64,000 nucleotides of DNA from Octopus vulgaris (GCA_951406725.2 OX597818.1:6820001-6884000); one strand, 5' to 3'; shown: positions 37,148-53,201, counted from the stretch's first letter. Notes: generated from the sequence alone by a model not told the origin. Numbers and translations: made by a program.

Positions 37148-37545
37148 GGCGGCGAGCTGGCAGAATCGTTAGCACGCCGGGCGAAATGTTTAGCAGTATT
37201 TCGTCTGCCGTTACGTTCTGAGTTCAAATTCCGTCAGGTCGACTTTGCTTTTCATCCTTTCGGGGTCGATAAATTAAGTACTAGTTACGCACTGGGGTCG
37301 ATATAATCGACTTAATCCGTTTGTCTGTCCTTGTTTGTCTTCTATGTGTTTAGCCCCTTGTGGGCAGTAAAGAAATAGGTATTTCGTCCGCCTTTCTGTT
37401 CTGAGTTTAAATTATGCTGAGTTCGACTTTGCATTTCATCTTTTCGGAGTCGATAAAATAAGTACCACTTGAACACTGGTCGATGTAATTAACTTACCTC
37501 TCTCCCGAAATTGTTGGCTTTGTGTCAAAATTTGAAACTAATATA
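37148..37545 (+). mobile_element. Tandem/nested SINE B pair (young LINE-tailed copy, then a headless older copy)
   Basis: First unit ends gggcagtaaagaaata; the sequence resumes at ggtatttcgtcc.. and ends with the alternative tail cccgaaattgttggctttgtgtcaaa. Confidence 0.85.
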
Positions 37546-37654
37546 TAATCATTTGTTTCTGACCCAGCTAGATACCTATAGTGCGTGGTTAATTGGAGTG
37601 TAGGACAAAAGTCCCCAAGGAGAAAAGCCCCACGATTATATTTTTCGATTATTG

Positions 37655-38030
37655 TTTTCGTTTTTTCATCATAAACCGAGGCCATGCTGGAGCACCGCCT
37701 TGAAGAAATTTTAGTCGAACGTATCGACCCCAGAATATTTTTTCCTTTATACTTGTTGCAGTTATTAGACTGCGGTCACGCAGGGACATCACCTTGAAGA
37801 ATTTTTTGTGGAATGTAATGACCCCAGAATATTTTTTAATGATTTTCAACCAGCGCATGAAGTTAAGCTTAGAAAGTATCTCCACATGCTAGAAATAACA
37901 GCCAAATCTCTTGAAATTTTTAATAATCAACCCCACCGTTTTTTTTTATATTTTCTGAAAATCTTTTTACTTGTTTCAATCATTGGACTGCAACCATGCC
38001 GGGGGACCAGCTTGAAGAAATTTTGATCGC
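37655..38030 (-). repeat. Three tandem antisense fragments of the SINE A 3' tail
   Basis: Repeated g.ccatgc.gg...ac..ccttgaagaa.tttt units, the reverse complement of the SINE A tail. Confidence 0.7.
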
Positions 38031-38130
38031 AGAAAAATCGGTATTTTAATATATTTATTTAAAGTATTTTCTTTTCTTCTCTCAGCACTTACAGATTAAT
38101 GAGAACAAGTTGACCTTTTGAACTTCTTGT

Positions 38131-38229
<99 letters not shown>

Positions 38230-39559
38230 TTCATTTATTTAAAAAAAACATCTCAAAAAATAAACACAAGCGCCTTTTACTTACATACTTAATTATTTAA
38301 TAATTTATAGCATTTGAATCATGTATGGATATATCAATGTAGGGATACAGATACATGTCACATTGGTGCACATAAAGAAATACCTGGGCACAAAGCAAAA
38401 TATATGGTTCGTATGTGTTTTAATAGATATTCTTATAAGTTTTCTGACTCCTCCTTTATTCATCTTAATTACATCATTATCTCAGTTAAACGTGGATCAC
38501 AAGCTGTGACATGCATATTCAATGGAAATGAAAAAAATTCAAGTGAGCTAGCTAATTCGAACGAATTCTAGAAAGCAATATGCAATAATGTTGTGATACA
38601 TATTATCATCCAAGTATTCTTGTAGGGCGAATAAAGTATTCTTGAGAATATCAAACGTTCAGACACGCATTGAAAGCAGTATACAGTATTTTAATAATGT
38701 GCAAAAACAAGCTAGAAATTTTAATCATTTCAAGGAAGAGTGGCTGGTGCGATTGCTTCTCCATGCCAAATAATCGAAATAATTGAATAGCTGCGTGTGT
38801 GTTCATTTAAGTGTTCTAATCGGCATAGTCGTTAAGTGATTTATTATATAAAAATGTGATCCTGTCAGCCTATTTCGTACTATGGAATGGCGTAATGTGT
38901 GCAAGTAGTTCAGACGAAATGTCAAGACGAAGGCTTTTGGAAATAACATTGAAAGCACCCTGTGACGGTATAAGTCATTATTAGAATTTTAATTATTACT
39001 CTATCAACTTAGCCAAGCCCCTCACACTATATGATATATGACAGATTGCAATAATCTGAAAACGTTGTAATTTATTGATGGATTTACCACTGATCTCAAT
39101 GAAGATATAAACGCTCATCCAATCTGAACCTAATTAAAGCATGACAAATGACATCCCTGGAAGATTTAGACAGGACTCTATGAATACCGTTTCTTCCAGT
39201 AAACTGAAAAACGAAACTGCTTGGAATTATGCAACGTAGCTTTATACACCAAGAAGATCCACTCACATAATGTTTAGTTAAGATAACGAAAGTATTAGGA
39301 ACTTTGATGAATAGGGAAGAAAACTTGATTGGAAAATTGAGGCTTTTCAAGTTTTGTGTTATTAAAATTACATTCATTCTCTTAATTTTAACGCAATTAG
39401 AGCAATTAACTGACGTGATTATTTCATCGTCGCAATTACTGAGGTCAGTTTGAACTTCAAGAAAATAAAGAAGGATTGATGGAATATATTAACTTCTACA
39501 TTCTCCAAGGGAGTAATTTAAGCGTGGTGCATCAGATGCTGTGCCGCCTGTTGTTTATT

Positions 39560-41400
39560 CTCCTGCATCACCGTGGGATTTCATTCAATAGTCAATTCGT
39601 TTAAAACGAAACTTTTTACCACAATCCTAATTCTTAATTCCTCTCTGTGTATTTCACCAACAACTCTTCACTTCCCACTCGCCAAATGCAATTCCTCGCC
39701 CTTTTTCCCCAGGGGCATACAATCATATTTATACGACTATCAGTTCTTGTTTAGAATAATCCTCTTCCTCAGCTACAGGAGTTTTCTCAGCCGTTTATTT
39801 CCCTACCATCTCATTCTTTCTGGCTTCAGACTACACGTCCACTCCACATCCTAATTTGTTTCATTCACAGTCCTTTGCCATTTATAATTTACTCCAGCAA
39901 ATTAAAACTTGTCAACATCCGGAAGCGATCACTAACACTTAACAACATGAAGCCGAACTCTGTATATTCACTAAGAAGCCATTGCCACGATGATGTCATC
40001 ACGAAACCGGCTGACAAAGATGTAAATGTGGTCATGTGACGCACTGTGTCCTACAATGCAAGCGAGATCCGACAATGTCAAGACCCTGCATGTTATCTCT
40101 ACTGAACCTGCTCCACATTATCGAAACACAATGTCCTCAACCGTCCATCAATTCATCTCCTACGTTCTCGAATGCCACCAACCTTAATGCATCCAACCAT
40201 ATTCTTCCTCCTTCAAGTTCGCAAATATGATAATCACCTCGCCCACCTAATCATCTATGACATATACTGCCCAAGTGTTTCGATCTCAAACTCTCAAACC
40301 TAGTTGGTTTCTCCTTCCCAACAACATTCGTGACGTTTTGGATGCTCACAGATGTTGTTCACCGTTATGTATCACAGTAACTGTCTGTTTGCATTACAAT
40401 ATTTTATGAAGTCTCACTACCTTACAACTTAGCATCTACCCGCTCTCTACCATTTATCCAAAATTACCCTCATTCTAGACTGCTTCTCGTTCATAGAAGA
40501 CTTTATTAGTATATCTTGGAGGTGGGTATAAAAGACCAAAATGGACACTACTACGCTTAAATATTCTTTGGCTATACTGTGGAGTAGATCATCTCAGAGT
40601 TGCCTGATTCACCCATGGACTATATGGACGATGAATAGAGCCTATAAATTAGGAGAGACCGCGTTATCTTCCATTTAATGACTCGATACCTTGAAGGCTT
40701 TCGTTGACTTGTTTACCCTACTTGAACTATTCCATTTCTGACAAGACAGTTAACTTTCCTGACGTCTCTGATGCTATCGGTCATCCCTTCCATCCCGTCA
40801 CCACCTCCATATTTTACGCATCTAATGATTCTTCGTTCTACCTCAAATTCTCTTCCTACAACTCAGTCCATACCTAACACTCCAATTTTACTCTCAATAC
40901 CTTGAACGTCACCTAATATGCAGCACTGACCATGATTTTCTGAAACAATCTCAACACAAGGTCGAAAACTTCACACTATGTAAATACCCCAACTCTATTC
41001 CTAGCTGCTCTCAACTCCATCCATGAAATCGACATTCCTACGTCTACCCTGCACACAATTACCTTTCTTTCCCTTTCACATACTACCGTTTCATACTTCT
41101 CATCCAGTCAACACCCCATCACACCCACACACATGTACATTCTGAATCATCTAGAAACACTTCCAAATCTTCACCAACACAACACACTTCTTTCTAAAGC
41201 ATGCTCATAATACACACAACTTCTTCATCCATAGTTTCTTTACTACCATCTTCTGCAACATGGATCATTTCCTTTCTCTTACTCCTTACAAGCTCACTTG
41301 TCTCTTCTCTTTGAAAAACCAACAACTTCATATCATTCAAATTTCATTAATTTTACGTATGTGGTCAAACTGGGCGATGTTTGTTTGGCTCAATCGTTCT
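39560..41400 (+). mobile_element. Heavily degraded Neptune-type PLE RT
   Basis: DDVITKPADKD, LYGR*IE (YGRYIDD), VNFPDVS, YSQYL..ICSTDHDF..QSQ in the same order as in the 62454-64000 element. Confidence 0.75.
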
Positions 41401-41984
41401 CCAATAGGCACATCGCTGTTCCATTTAATTCTACTCAGTGATTCCGCGAAATTCACTTGCTTATACAGATAAAGGAAAATTCTTTTTTCTTTAACCCCTT
41501 ACATTCACGAAATTTTTTATATAAATATATGCACATCCAAAACCACAGTACAAAATCTATACATAGAAAGAAATATACCTACATGTAGAATAACAGCATT
41601 TTTGTCCTTCATTCTCACGGCATAAATGTACATTTTTACATCCGTGCACTATATATCCCTTTCACAACTCCCTTCATAGATTCATTAGTAGAACTCAAAC
41701 AGTACTTTAAAACGAGTTACTTATGCTAAAAGACACGCAATTCTACAACAGTCCTACGATAATACATGCTAAAATGCATGTCCACACTCAACAACACAGC
41801 AAATACCACAACATGATAGCAAGAACATCAAAAACATTCATAACCACATGTTAATATCATACATGTATGCACAATCATGAAACTGTTAAAATATCTTCAC
41901 ACTTCGCCAAAAAAATTAAAAATACACGCACAACTAAGATTTACCGCGCGCGCGCGCACACACGCACACACACGCACACACACA

Positions 41985-42019
<35 letters not shown>

Positions 42020-42064
42020 CATCATAATAAAATATGCAATGTATAAAAGCTGTTCACTAACATA

Positions 42065-43213
42065 CAAGAGTCGGATGAAAATTTCATAGGCTCACCAAGA
42101 TACTGTCGTAGAATTTGCCTAAATGGGTTTTATTTGGCAAAAAATGTAATCAACAGTAGATATTACGTCATCATCTTTGCGATATTGGTTCCTGGCCAAG
42201 TGTTTTTCAAGGTGAAAGATAGATGGGGCGAAATCAGGAGAACAGGGAAGGTGACCAACCAGTTCAATGCCATAACAGCTATTGAAACCAAAGACTTGTG
42301 TGCTTGAGCATTGACCTGATGAAACAAGACATCTGTTTCTTTGACGTTTCATTACGATAATCTTTCGTAACTGACTCAGTAAGTTGGCATAATATTCTCC
42401 ATGTTCTTTCGATGTTAGTAATTGAACAATGCCTTTTGCATCCCCTAAAACTGAGGTCATCACCATCCCTGCAGTTGAAATGACCTTGGCTTTCTTTGGA
42501 GGAGGTGAGGGGCGTTTCTACTGAATGAATTGTCTCTTTGTCTCTGGCTCAAATGATGAACCCAATGCTCATCCTGGCTTTGGAAACGTTCAAGGAAACC
42601 AGCTGGAATTGCCTCAAACACCAAATTCTCCTGTGATGACACCAGCCTGGTGTGCTTTTCATTGGGTGCCAGAAGATGTGACACTGACTGACCAGAATCT
42701 TTCGTCGAAACAAGTTTGTTATGCAGAATATTCCCAACTCTCTCATTCCATATGCTAATACCATTCGCTATTCGATTTGTGGTCAAAAGCCTGTCATCCA
42801 TACCCATGTGGTGAGCACAAGCAATGTTTGCCTCGGTGGTGACAGTAGAAACGTTGGGTCATCTTCAAGACTGCCTCTTCCCCTCATACACTCAGCTGAC
42901 CGCTTTCTCGTTGTTGATAAAGCTGGAGCGTCATACACTAATGTAGCAACTACGTCTATATGAATAACATTTGTGGTTAACCCTTTTTCTGCAGGTAGTT
43001 TTTAAAACGACACTGCCAGGTTTTGTCCATTTTCAAGAGAAGTCTCTACTAGTTAAATCTGAAATCTTATTTGAACAGTTAAAAGTCAGCTTATCTGGAA
43101 AGAAACAACGAAATTATTAATAAGGAGAGTTGAAATAAATGCATGCAAGTTTTCACAGCCCTAGCGTCACTCCTTCATAGTGAACCCATGAACTTTTCAA
43201 GCCAACTCTCTTG
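42065..43213 (-). mobile_element. mariner transposon, near full-length, degraded
   Basis: Imperfect ~30-bp TIRs at both ends; GRGSLEDDP, FLERF.SQDEHWVHH, MVMTSVLGDAKGIV, YYANLL, HLPCSPDFAPS.FHL. Confidence 0.9.
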
Positions 43214-44051
43214 CATGCACTTAAATGATTCTCTCATTACATAGTCCACACAGAAACAATCACGTAGTACACACGCATTCGTAGCAACATACACAAGGAT
43301 ACGATTTACGGGAAATGTCAAGGTAGCATACAAGAGCACGAAAGTAAACACCAGTCACATGATCAATGACAAATACACAGACTTACTACTATGATATACA
43401 AAAACACACGTCTTATAACCCCTTCCATAACACCCTCGTGTGACAGCCGACCAAACCTAGCTAAACTACACATTCCCGGATTCACAAGTATTTATAAACT
43501 ATACATTCCTACATACTTGTACATACATACTCGATCCACAATGAAACACACATACACTTAAATGCCTTGCTACCACACGGACAGTCGCAATATACACGCA
43601 TACTTTAAAAGTGGACGCCGACGTATAGTTACTGCCCTTGTTACGCTTACACATAGGGAACTTCCTTTCTTCCTCTCTTGCTTCCGGTCTTCTAACATCC
43701 GACTATTTTCAAAGTAATCTGCTCAGACACATTTCGCCGTTGCTCACATATATAGGAAAGGTCTGAAATTTTCAGTGGTTGTAAGCATATGCATAAATAT
43801 ATTTTGAAGGTTTGGAAAATTCCGCTTATTCCTGATTTACTTGTTGATATCTTTCCAGCTTGATAATTTAAGGTCTCAGGAGGACAACACTTTTACTTCT
43901 TTTACTTTTTACTATTTACTTTTTACATTTTAGTTTTTGGGTTTTCGTTTTCCCTTTTTTATCCTTCTACGTTTTTCTCTTTGTTACCTTCTCAGTTTTA
44001 TTGCGTTTCTTCTCTTATTCATTTCTTTTAGCACGTAATGATACGCGGTTT

Positions 44052-44106
44052 GTACCTGATGAATATGTTTGAGATATTTCTCAGCATATGAAACTATCGG
44101 TAGTAC
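44052..44106 (+). ncRNA. Minimal type-I hammerhead ribozyme
   Basis: gtac CTGATGA atatgtttgaga-tatt-tctcagcatat GAAA ctatcgG TA gtac: intact core, 4-bp stem I, 11-bp stem II with one bulge, GUA triplet. Confidence 0.75.
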
Positions 44107-44164
44107 TTAAAGACATATATTGTCTCCTTTAAATAACATGTGCGTGTATGCGTGCGTGTGTGTG

Positions 44165-44236
<72 letters not shown>

Positions 44237-44769
44237 TCTCTACTTAAGAATATCTGTTTTTCCTGAAGGTCTTACTTTGCCTTCTGCGTAGTAATTTGTG
44301 TTAGTAATTTAGCATATAAGCTTGATTCTACCCCAAGCAATTAAAAGAGTATCGTAGGCTCTTACAGGAACCTATTATGTCAGGCCCAAGCAGTGGAATG
44401 GAGAGGTGCTGGAAGTTCAATTGGCAGGTGTAATAGCGTTGAATAGAATTGAATTATAGCGACATTAAATCCATCATAACAAAAAGGATTTCTTATGTGT
44501 AGCAGTGTCTCCTCGCACGTACGAATAACTGTGGATTAGTGTCTATCGTCTACACAGCTGACACACATTCTCAAGTATATTTGCGCACACAAGTACTCAA
44601 CCAGGTCTGATACGCATCTATACGTACATACACCCTAGAAAACACATACATATGCACAATCGAACTAACGACACCAGCGTACACACAAAAGCATTCCCTC
44701 ACACACGTACATAACAGTACACTATATACGCATCAGATACTCGCTTCTACGCACTCATATAGCTCTCTC

Positions 44770-44825
<56 letters not shown>

Positions 44826-47800
44826 GCACACACACACTCGCCAGCCATCTGTTTGATGTCGCTTGGGTTCTTTCGAATACCATCTTAACAGCGAGACTCC
44901 ACCAAATTCCTGTCCAGATACGCGGTTCAAGAAATTCTGATTGAGATTTTGTTTTGTTATCACAGTGTGTGTGTTTGAGTATATGTTTGTGCGTGTGGTT
45001 GTGTGTATGTGTGTTTGTGCATGAGTTTGTGTGTGTGTGCGCACGCGTGTCTGTAAGTGTGTGTGAATGTAAAACCAAGGAATACAATAACGTTTAAGAA
45101 TGAATGGTTAGTAGGTGTCCCAGATTAGGGTGTCGAAGACTGACATTATTTTCAAAATAATGTATAATTTTGAGTCGAATATGTTCGATATCGATTTTTA
45201 AAATAATTTTGACTATGTTTTCTATTGAGTAAATTACAATATTACTTGTCCAACTATTTAGCTCCATTTTGCTAACTAATCCGACATGACGACTACCTCT
45301 CAACGGTGATTAAATAATTGATCAAAATATAATTTCACTTCACCTGAGTTTACCATACAATGCACAGCATAAATGAAGATAACTTGTAAAAGAAGATAAC
45401 AGTAAAAAAGTAAAATAGAAAATATGTTAAAAGTTTTACATTAACATATTTGAAGTTGAATGGAATTTATGAAGTGACACATTGGTTTGTTCTGTCTTTA
45501 TTCAACACGACAGGAAAAAATATTTCATGTTGGTAGATTCTTTTACTTATTTAACATTCTCCGTAACGGTTGCAGATTATTGCTTCTTAGAAAAATGTCT
45601 TTTTTATGTTTGTAAGTGTTGTGGCTCTTCTGTTTGCAATCATCGTAATACTTGATTCAGACATCTATAGATACCACAGCGTATACTTTTCCAAGTAATA
45701 TAGATAATTGAATGTATCACTACATTTTCTTAAACGAGCAGTATGTAACAACGGTATGCAACATACTTTAATAAGACTGGATGTGTTAAACACATAATAT
45801 GTATACACACCTCAGAGGTCTCTAATGAAAAATGTAAATAGGGTCACAATTCAAAGAAAACATAGAATTCACTGCCACAAAGGAAAGAAACAGAGATCAG
45901 AGAAAAATATAGATAATGCAATGCGTAAAAGAGACGAAAACTATAGCAATAGTAAATAAAGAATTCATAGACGCATACATGGTTGAACAAATTTGTACAT
46001 ACGCCTAAGCATTAATATGAAAATAGATAACTTTTATATTACCCTGACATGTTGGTTATATAATTTTGACCCGTCTGAATATTTTCCAGAAATCGATAGT
46101 ATTTATTTACCATGAAGATTGTGTGGACATTCTCAAACTGACTCTAATCTCACGGTGAAACAATTCACTCACTAGTAAAAGTCCATCTATTCTTCTGACT
46201 TAATCTCCATAAATAAATACAAGTTATAAATGCGGGTACGAGGTTGTTATCAATGCCATTGATTTATCGTCGCTACTCACGTTACTGCACACAAACATAT
46301 ACCAATCAAGTTTTACCGACCACATCATACTATCTTCAAGGTATTTACTTTAGACATTTCTTTTTTAACTTTTGCATTACTTTTAGCTGAATAGAAGTCC
46401 TATTTATCATGTATTCTAGTCATATTTTTGTTGTTCTTGATGTAGCAGTGTTTATTATATTAACTTCTCTCAAAAGGCATTTGGTTTTAATATTCCGTCT
46501 GTTGAAGTACTTGTAAATGTTATTAGTGTAGGAGATCTTAAGTAAATACTGTTCTTTGTTTATGCTTTTATTAATTTAGCATTAGTTTTGATTTATTTCT
46601 ACTATATCGTTGTTTTCAAAATTTTCCAGAATGTTGGTCAATCATGTTCTTCCACTCTTCGCCAATCTCTTAGTTACTGACCTTTAGCTTTTCCTGGAAT
46701 AATAGCGATTAATATTTTTTTCTTTTAATCGTATCATTTTTTGAGACAAGAAAATATTGATTGCTTTTTTGTTTTCCGCTCTATTTTCGATGTTTTTCAT
46801 TTGTTGTTAATTTCATTGCGACAGTCACAATATATTTAGAAAAGTGTCTATTTATAGTTACAAATTCATCAGAGAATGCCTCATAACTTTTCAAGATATC
46901 TGTTTAAATGATATAACATTCTACTTTTATATGATTGGAGGCTTTCTCATAGAGCTAGAGCCACGCGTTTCATATGTCCTCTTATTTCCGGGTAAAATAT
47001 ATTTTCCTTAATGGCTTGTTAATTCCGGAAAATTGTTGATTGAACTAGATGATGTTAAGCAGAGTCGGTCTTAATTATCACTTGGTGTTGTTTACTTCCT
47101 CTCGAAGTGAAGGTAAATTAAGAAAAAGGAAAAGAAAAAAACAAGCACACAAGAACTTACTTTATGTTTGTAGTTTGTACATTTTCCTTGTCTTTGTTAT
47201 CCAAAGAGATTCCAGACATCAAATGAACATCGTGAGACTGAAACAGCTGTTTTACATGTATCGTTTGCATGATTTTGTCAAAGAAACGCGTAGATATAAA
47301 CGGGTTCTTGAGAAGTTTCGTATTTTTCAAAATATACTCAAAGAACAAATAATTGAAAACAGGCTACGATTACCAGCCAAAAACTGACGTTCAGATTCTA
47401 TATAGCTATGATCAACCTGGTTCTTTACAAAATGTAATCCAGCAGTGACTATCCTATCAGTTGGTTAATCATTTGGATTCACACTTCTGCAGTAAAATGT
47501 ATCAAATAAAAAGGGAAACAATTTTAATTTTATACGCATACAATACTGGTTCATGTTGTTTAGCTGTTGGTGTTGTTTAATTCTTATGAAACCGCAGGTT
47601 AGCTTCTATTATTGAGCAGGTATTTGGTGAAAGTTCTTTCAGATGAAACCATCATGATATCTAGTGCGTGATGGATTACATATGTCCTTTCTTACAAAAC
47701 TGTGGCTTATTTAGTGCCTATTTACACGCACGTATATGGGAAATTATATGCTTGCGGGAGTGTATATGAGACCGCGCAGTCAAAGAGAGGTTGGAAGTAG

Positions 47801-49445
47801 ATCAAGCAGCCTCTTCATGAAAGGCCTTCCATTCGTGACAATATTGCTGTTGCGGTTACTAAGGATAACATATAAATGCAGTCATTGGAGTTCAGTGATT
47901 TAGAAAAACAATAATTACTTTAAGTCTATATGAAATGTTAAATGTTACTTAGTAATATAATAAACTGCGATTTCTAGCAATGCAAGTAAACATTAAAGAA
48001 AGATACAACATCTACATTGTTACGTCGGCAAATGGATTTCGTCACTTTCTTTTACAGACGTTGCTTTATAGAAATGTTTTTAGTGGCTACAGCGAACAGA
48101 GAACTGCAATCATTACTCGGATAGAACATCATTCCACCTGGTGATCTACTACCATACACGCGCACGCGCGGATTTGCTTACGGCAAACATAATGAAACTG
48201 AGAAATCTTCTTCTAGACAAGTGTACTGACAAAAAATAAAGGTTCATCATTCTCAGGCAATTTGTGCCCTTTCATGATCACGAATAGTTTTATGTTCCTG
48301 GTCATTTGTTAGCTAGTCATTGAAAAATGTTTGTTTCATTCGTCCGTTCGACAGATTTTTTTTTTTTGGTGGGGTGTGGTAATGGTATTTAACAACTCTC
48401 CTCGGCACTCTTTATGAGGATCATGTGTGTATGTTTATGAGTGTTAGTGTGCGTGTGTGTTTAACTTGTTTTTGCTCTTGCGTAAATTCATCAATATTGA
48501 CAGAACAGAACTGAAATCAAAGCCATTCCAAGCATGACAATTTTGCTCGTTTCTGACAATATAGTAACCGTATGAAGCAGTTCGTATAGGAGCAAGTTCT
48601 TTGTCATCGTATTTCGTTGTGTACGCAATTTGTCCATTTGACTCCGTGCATGATTCGTGATATATCTGTAAGTCTGTATGTCTGTCTGTAAACTTTAAGC
48701 TTCTATATTTGTATGTCCTGATTTATTTTTGTTTCTCTGAAAAACCTATGTGCAGGTGGTATTGATAAATGCCAAGTTTACCTTAACTGACATACACCGA
48801 AATGCGTTACAACCATAACCATACTGTCATGCTTATGCGGAACAATATTATCCATAATTTTCTTCCATTGATTTAGATTATATGATCACCAAAGCTTCTA
48901 CATCTTTTTTCATATATTCTTTCTTTTTGTTTTTCATTTACAAGTACTCTTTGATTGGAGAACATGTTTCCCTAAAGTTTTCTTACCAGGAACTGAAAAG
49001 GTAATGTTTTGTATCTTAATGCAATATACATTAGAATTGATACTGTGTTTTGCGTTGATTTTAAGTGCCCTTACATTAAATTCGGCTATACTATCATAGA
49101 GGGACCTGAAATAAATGCATGTCGTATTTGTTTCCAGCAAATATCTTTCCATAGTAAATGAGATTTACAAAGTTTAATACATAAATAAATTTATGCAATT
49201 AGGTACTGCTGTTATATGATATAAACGTTGTGTAAGTGGCTTGAGAGAGATTTGAAACCAGATTAAAATAGTAAAAATGTATACCGCATGGAACATTCAA
49301 CTGTGTGGTGTCAATATACAAGTATAAAGAAAATACATAAAACAGAATAATTAATTATACATATACTGCGTTTTCTTCCCGTGGCCATGACTTCAAGTAT
49401 TCTACGTATCACTCTGTGTTATTATCTTGTACGTATCTATATCTG

Positions 49446-49503
<58 letters not shown>

Positions 49504-49984
49504 TTAACGACATAGTGTACGAATACGTCTATGAATGTACGGGTATATATGCATATGTGCATATGTGCATATGATTTTAGTTGGGTTCTGTGTTTCGTTA
49601 CCGCCAATAAACTTTATCTTATTATGCTTACAACATGTTCGTTAAATTGGACACATTGTAGCCTTTCCTTTTCAAGAATTTACCTGATTAGCTTCAACTT
49701 AAATTCAATTACTTAATTCAAATATTTTAATTCGTTTAATTACTTATATAACTATTGAGCAACTTACTTAATTCCTTTACTTAATTAGATAATGATACAT
49801 ACATTTCTAGCGGCACTTGAGTTCTGCATGTCATCTTAAAATTTGGAAACACATTTCGTAACATATTTCAACCTTCGGCATTTGTTCCGATACATCAATT
49901 TGGTATTTTCATTTATAATATCCATATTCATATTAGACGTCTTTATACATACACATACAGACAGACACACGTACACACATATCT

Positions 49985-50625
<641 letters not shown>

Positions 50626-51256
50626 ACAAACACACAGAGAATAGTTCGCTAATAAGCAAATACATTTCTAAAATATTTGTTTAATTAACTAATTTAATAT
50701 ACATCTTTTAAAAATTATCCGCCGTCAAAATATAGTGTTTGAATGCAATAAATTTCCGCTTATATATTTTTTCTTTTAATTTTATGTTGATTTCCAATTT
50801 ATTTCATATACAAATACATCCACTTCACTTCCAACTCTCACCAGTAAATTACATGTTTTATTCACATTTCCGACTACACTATGTTCATCATTAAAAATAA
50901 TTTCGCTCTTATATTTTAATTATCTGTGTTATTGTTTGTTGTTTATTTTATCATGTAGAATACATTATGTTTTGCTTTACAGCAATGAATTTAATTCTTT
51001 AGTCCTTGTATTTTATAGAGTGTCAGGGAAATTAGTTGTATCACTATCTTTCTCTCTTTTTTTTAATTTTCTGTTTATAATTTTGAAGACAACTGCAGTT
51101 TGATCATGCTAGATGTAATATTTCCATCCTGTACACCATTTCTGGTATAGTCATACGCATAAAATAGCCCACCAGATCTAGTCTTCCTATTTATAACTCA
51201 ACTATATATCTACCAGTATGGAAAACTATATTTATCATCTAACTCTCTCTTCCCTT

Positions 51257-51293
<37 letters not shown>

Positions 51294-52384
51294 CACTGTA
51301 TACGTGTATGTGTTTATGTGTGTTTGTGTGCGCGCGCGTGTGTGCATGAATATCTGTTTAGATGCACGTATGTATGTCGGGTACTCTTAGTGCTACTGGT
51401 AAAATATAACCCCGTACAGCCTGTCTTATGGTTTGAACGTCGGCAACTCAACCGGAAACTCTACAAAGCCTTCTTGGTAATGAGGGTGGTTGTCACTGTG
51501 CAAGACGAACAAAAAACAAAACTTATCAAAGAAGAAATAAACTCAATCAAGTCAAAGAGCAGCAAGTGAGGATCCTGTATTCTTTCTTTAGACCTCTCTA
51601 GTAAAAGAAAATCTTTGACATAACATCTGCAATTTCGCATGCGTCCAATGGTGTAGGATATACATATTATCCTTGGAGGCGAGGCATTGCAAATTATTAC
51701 GATGTTTAGTGAGTGATACAAGGAAGGCATGTCTTTACTTCAAATATTTTGTGGCACAGACATCGCTTGATTCTTATTATCTCTATAATATGTTTCATAC
51801 TATGGCTGCCCGTACTCGAAAAATCATAACATTGAATGGTAATAGCGGAATAAGAGACCACAAGGGATGAAGAAAAAAATAGATCCATTATCTATGGGGA
51901 AGTAACATAGAGTATATGGGTAATGGGAAGATGAGTGATGTAGAAAAATGAGTTAGAGGAATAGGATAATGAAGGAAGTTATCAAAATGGAAAATATGAA
52001 TTCTAATGTAAACACTAAATGCTTGTGATTGTGTGGTTTTATTCACGAAGAGTAGGTAATTCCTAGTTTGGCAAGAGGCTTTTTATGAAGTGCCTGTGAT
52101 ACTCGAAATTTCATGCTCTGGTTATGTGGATATCCGAATTTGCTTTCCTTTGACAAGCTCTAATCACGTGGTGGTCTTTAAAGTGCTAAACGTAGTCATC
52201 TAATTTTAATATTTTCATTTTCCCCAGTAAGTCTACAAAACGATAAACAATGATATAATCATCTCTCAAATTTTGATTCTCTCGTACCTAATTTGAGATT
52301 ATTTTTTTCCCTATTTAGCTCCTTGCAGGTGACATCTTACAAATCCTACCGTCTTATTAAAGAGTGTATTTAGTAGACATGTGA

Positions 52385-52505
52385 TTTTCGTTTCCCTTTC
52401 ATCCTTTCAGTGTCAGAAAAATAATTACCAGTTGAATACTGGAGTCGATGTAATGAAATTATCCGCCCGAAATTGCCGGTTTTGTGCTCATGTTTGGAAT
52501 CAGTA
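52385..52505 (+). mobile_element. SINE B 3' half, diverged
   Basis: cctttcatcctttcagtgtcag..taccagttgaatactggagtcgatgtaat..ccgaaattgccggttttgtg. Confidence 0.7.
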
Positions 52506-53127
52506 TTAGTGCTATTTGTGCAAGCTTTTAATTGGATTGTAACAAAATATGTCGGTTTTGTTTAAATTAGAGTCTATAGTTATTTTATGGTTTAAAGTTT
52601 AAAAGATAATAAGAGACGTTCTTTCTTAATTTGTATACATCGTTACCATTAACGTATTTTTTCTGTAGCTGGCTCACAAAAATGTGTATGGTAAATCCTA
52701 TGGTAGACACTATCTAAAAAAACGCATCTACGTTGTATAATCAGTAAAATGAGCTGTAATACAAATCTAAACCTATGTCAGAGAAGCTATTGTATTATAT
52801 TATCTATTTGGTCGGATTCGTTATCCAAATGCTATCTATGCACTACCACCTATACTGCTGTAGCTTTTTAAAAATTAACTGTTGCGGCATAGCAATGTAT
52901 TAGCCATGAGAAATAAGAGTTAAAATATTTGAATTGAGTAAATTCTTACGTGCGTATCTTAACCGATTTCTGAACTAACTAACAGTATCATTACTATTGT
53001 TTCAGTAATGGCAATGTGTTTGTCTTCCTTATATTAGTCTTCATTCATTTAGGAATATCTCACTAACTTATCCTATTTTGATTTTGATGTAATTATTTTC
53101 CTATTGTTACTGTGTTAAAATTTCCGG

Positions 53128-53201
<74 letters not shown>

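Noticed and set aside
51400-51570. Possible coding exon (FERRQLNRKLYKAF...)
   Set aside because: No recognisable homology and no clear splice acceptor.
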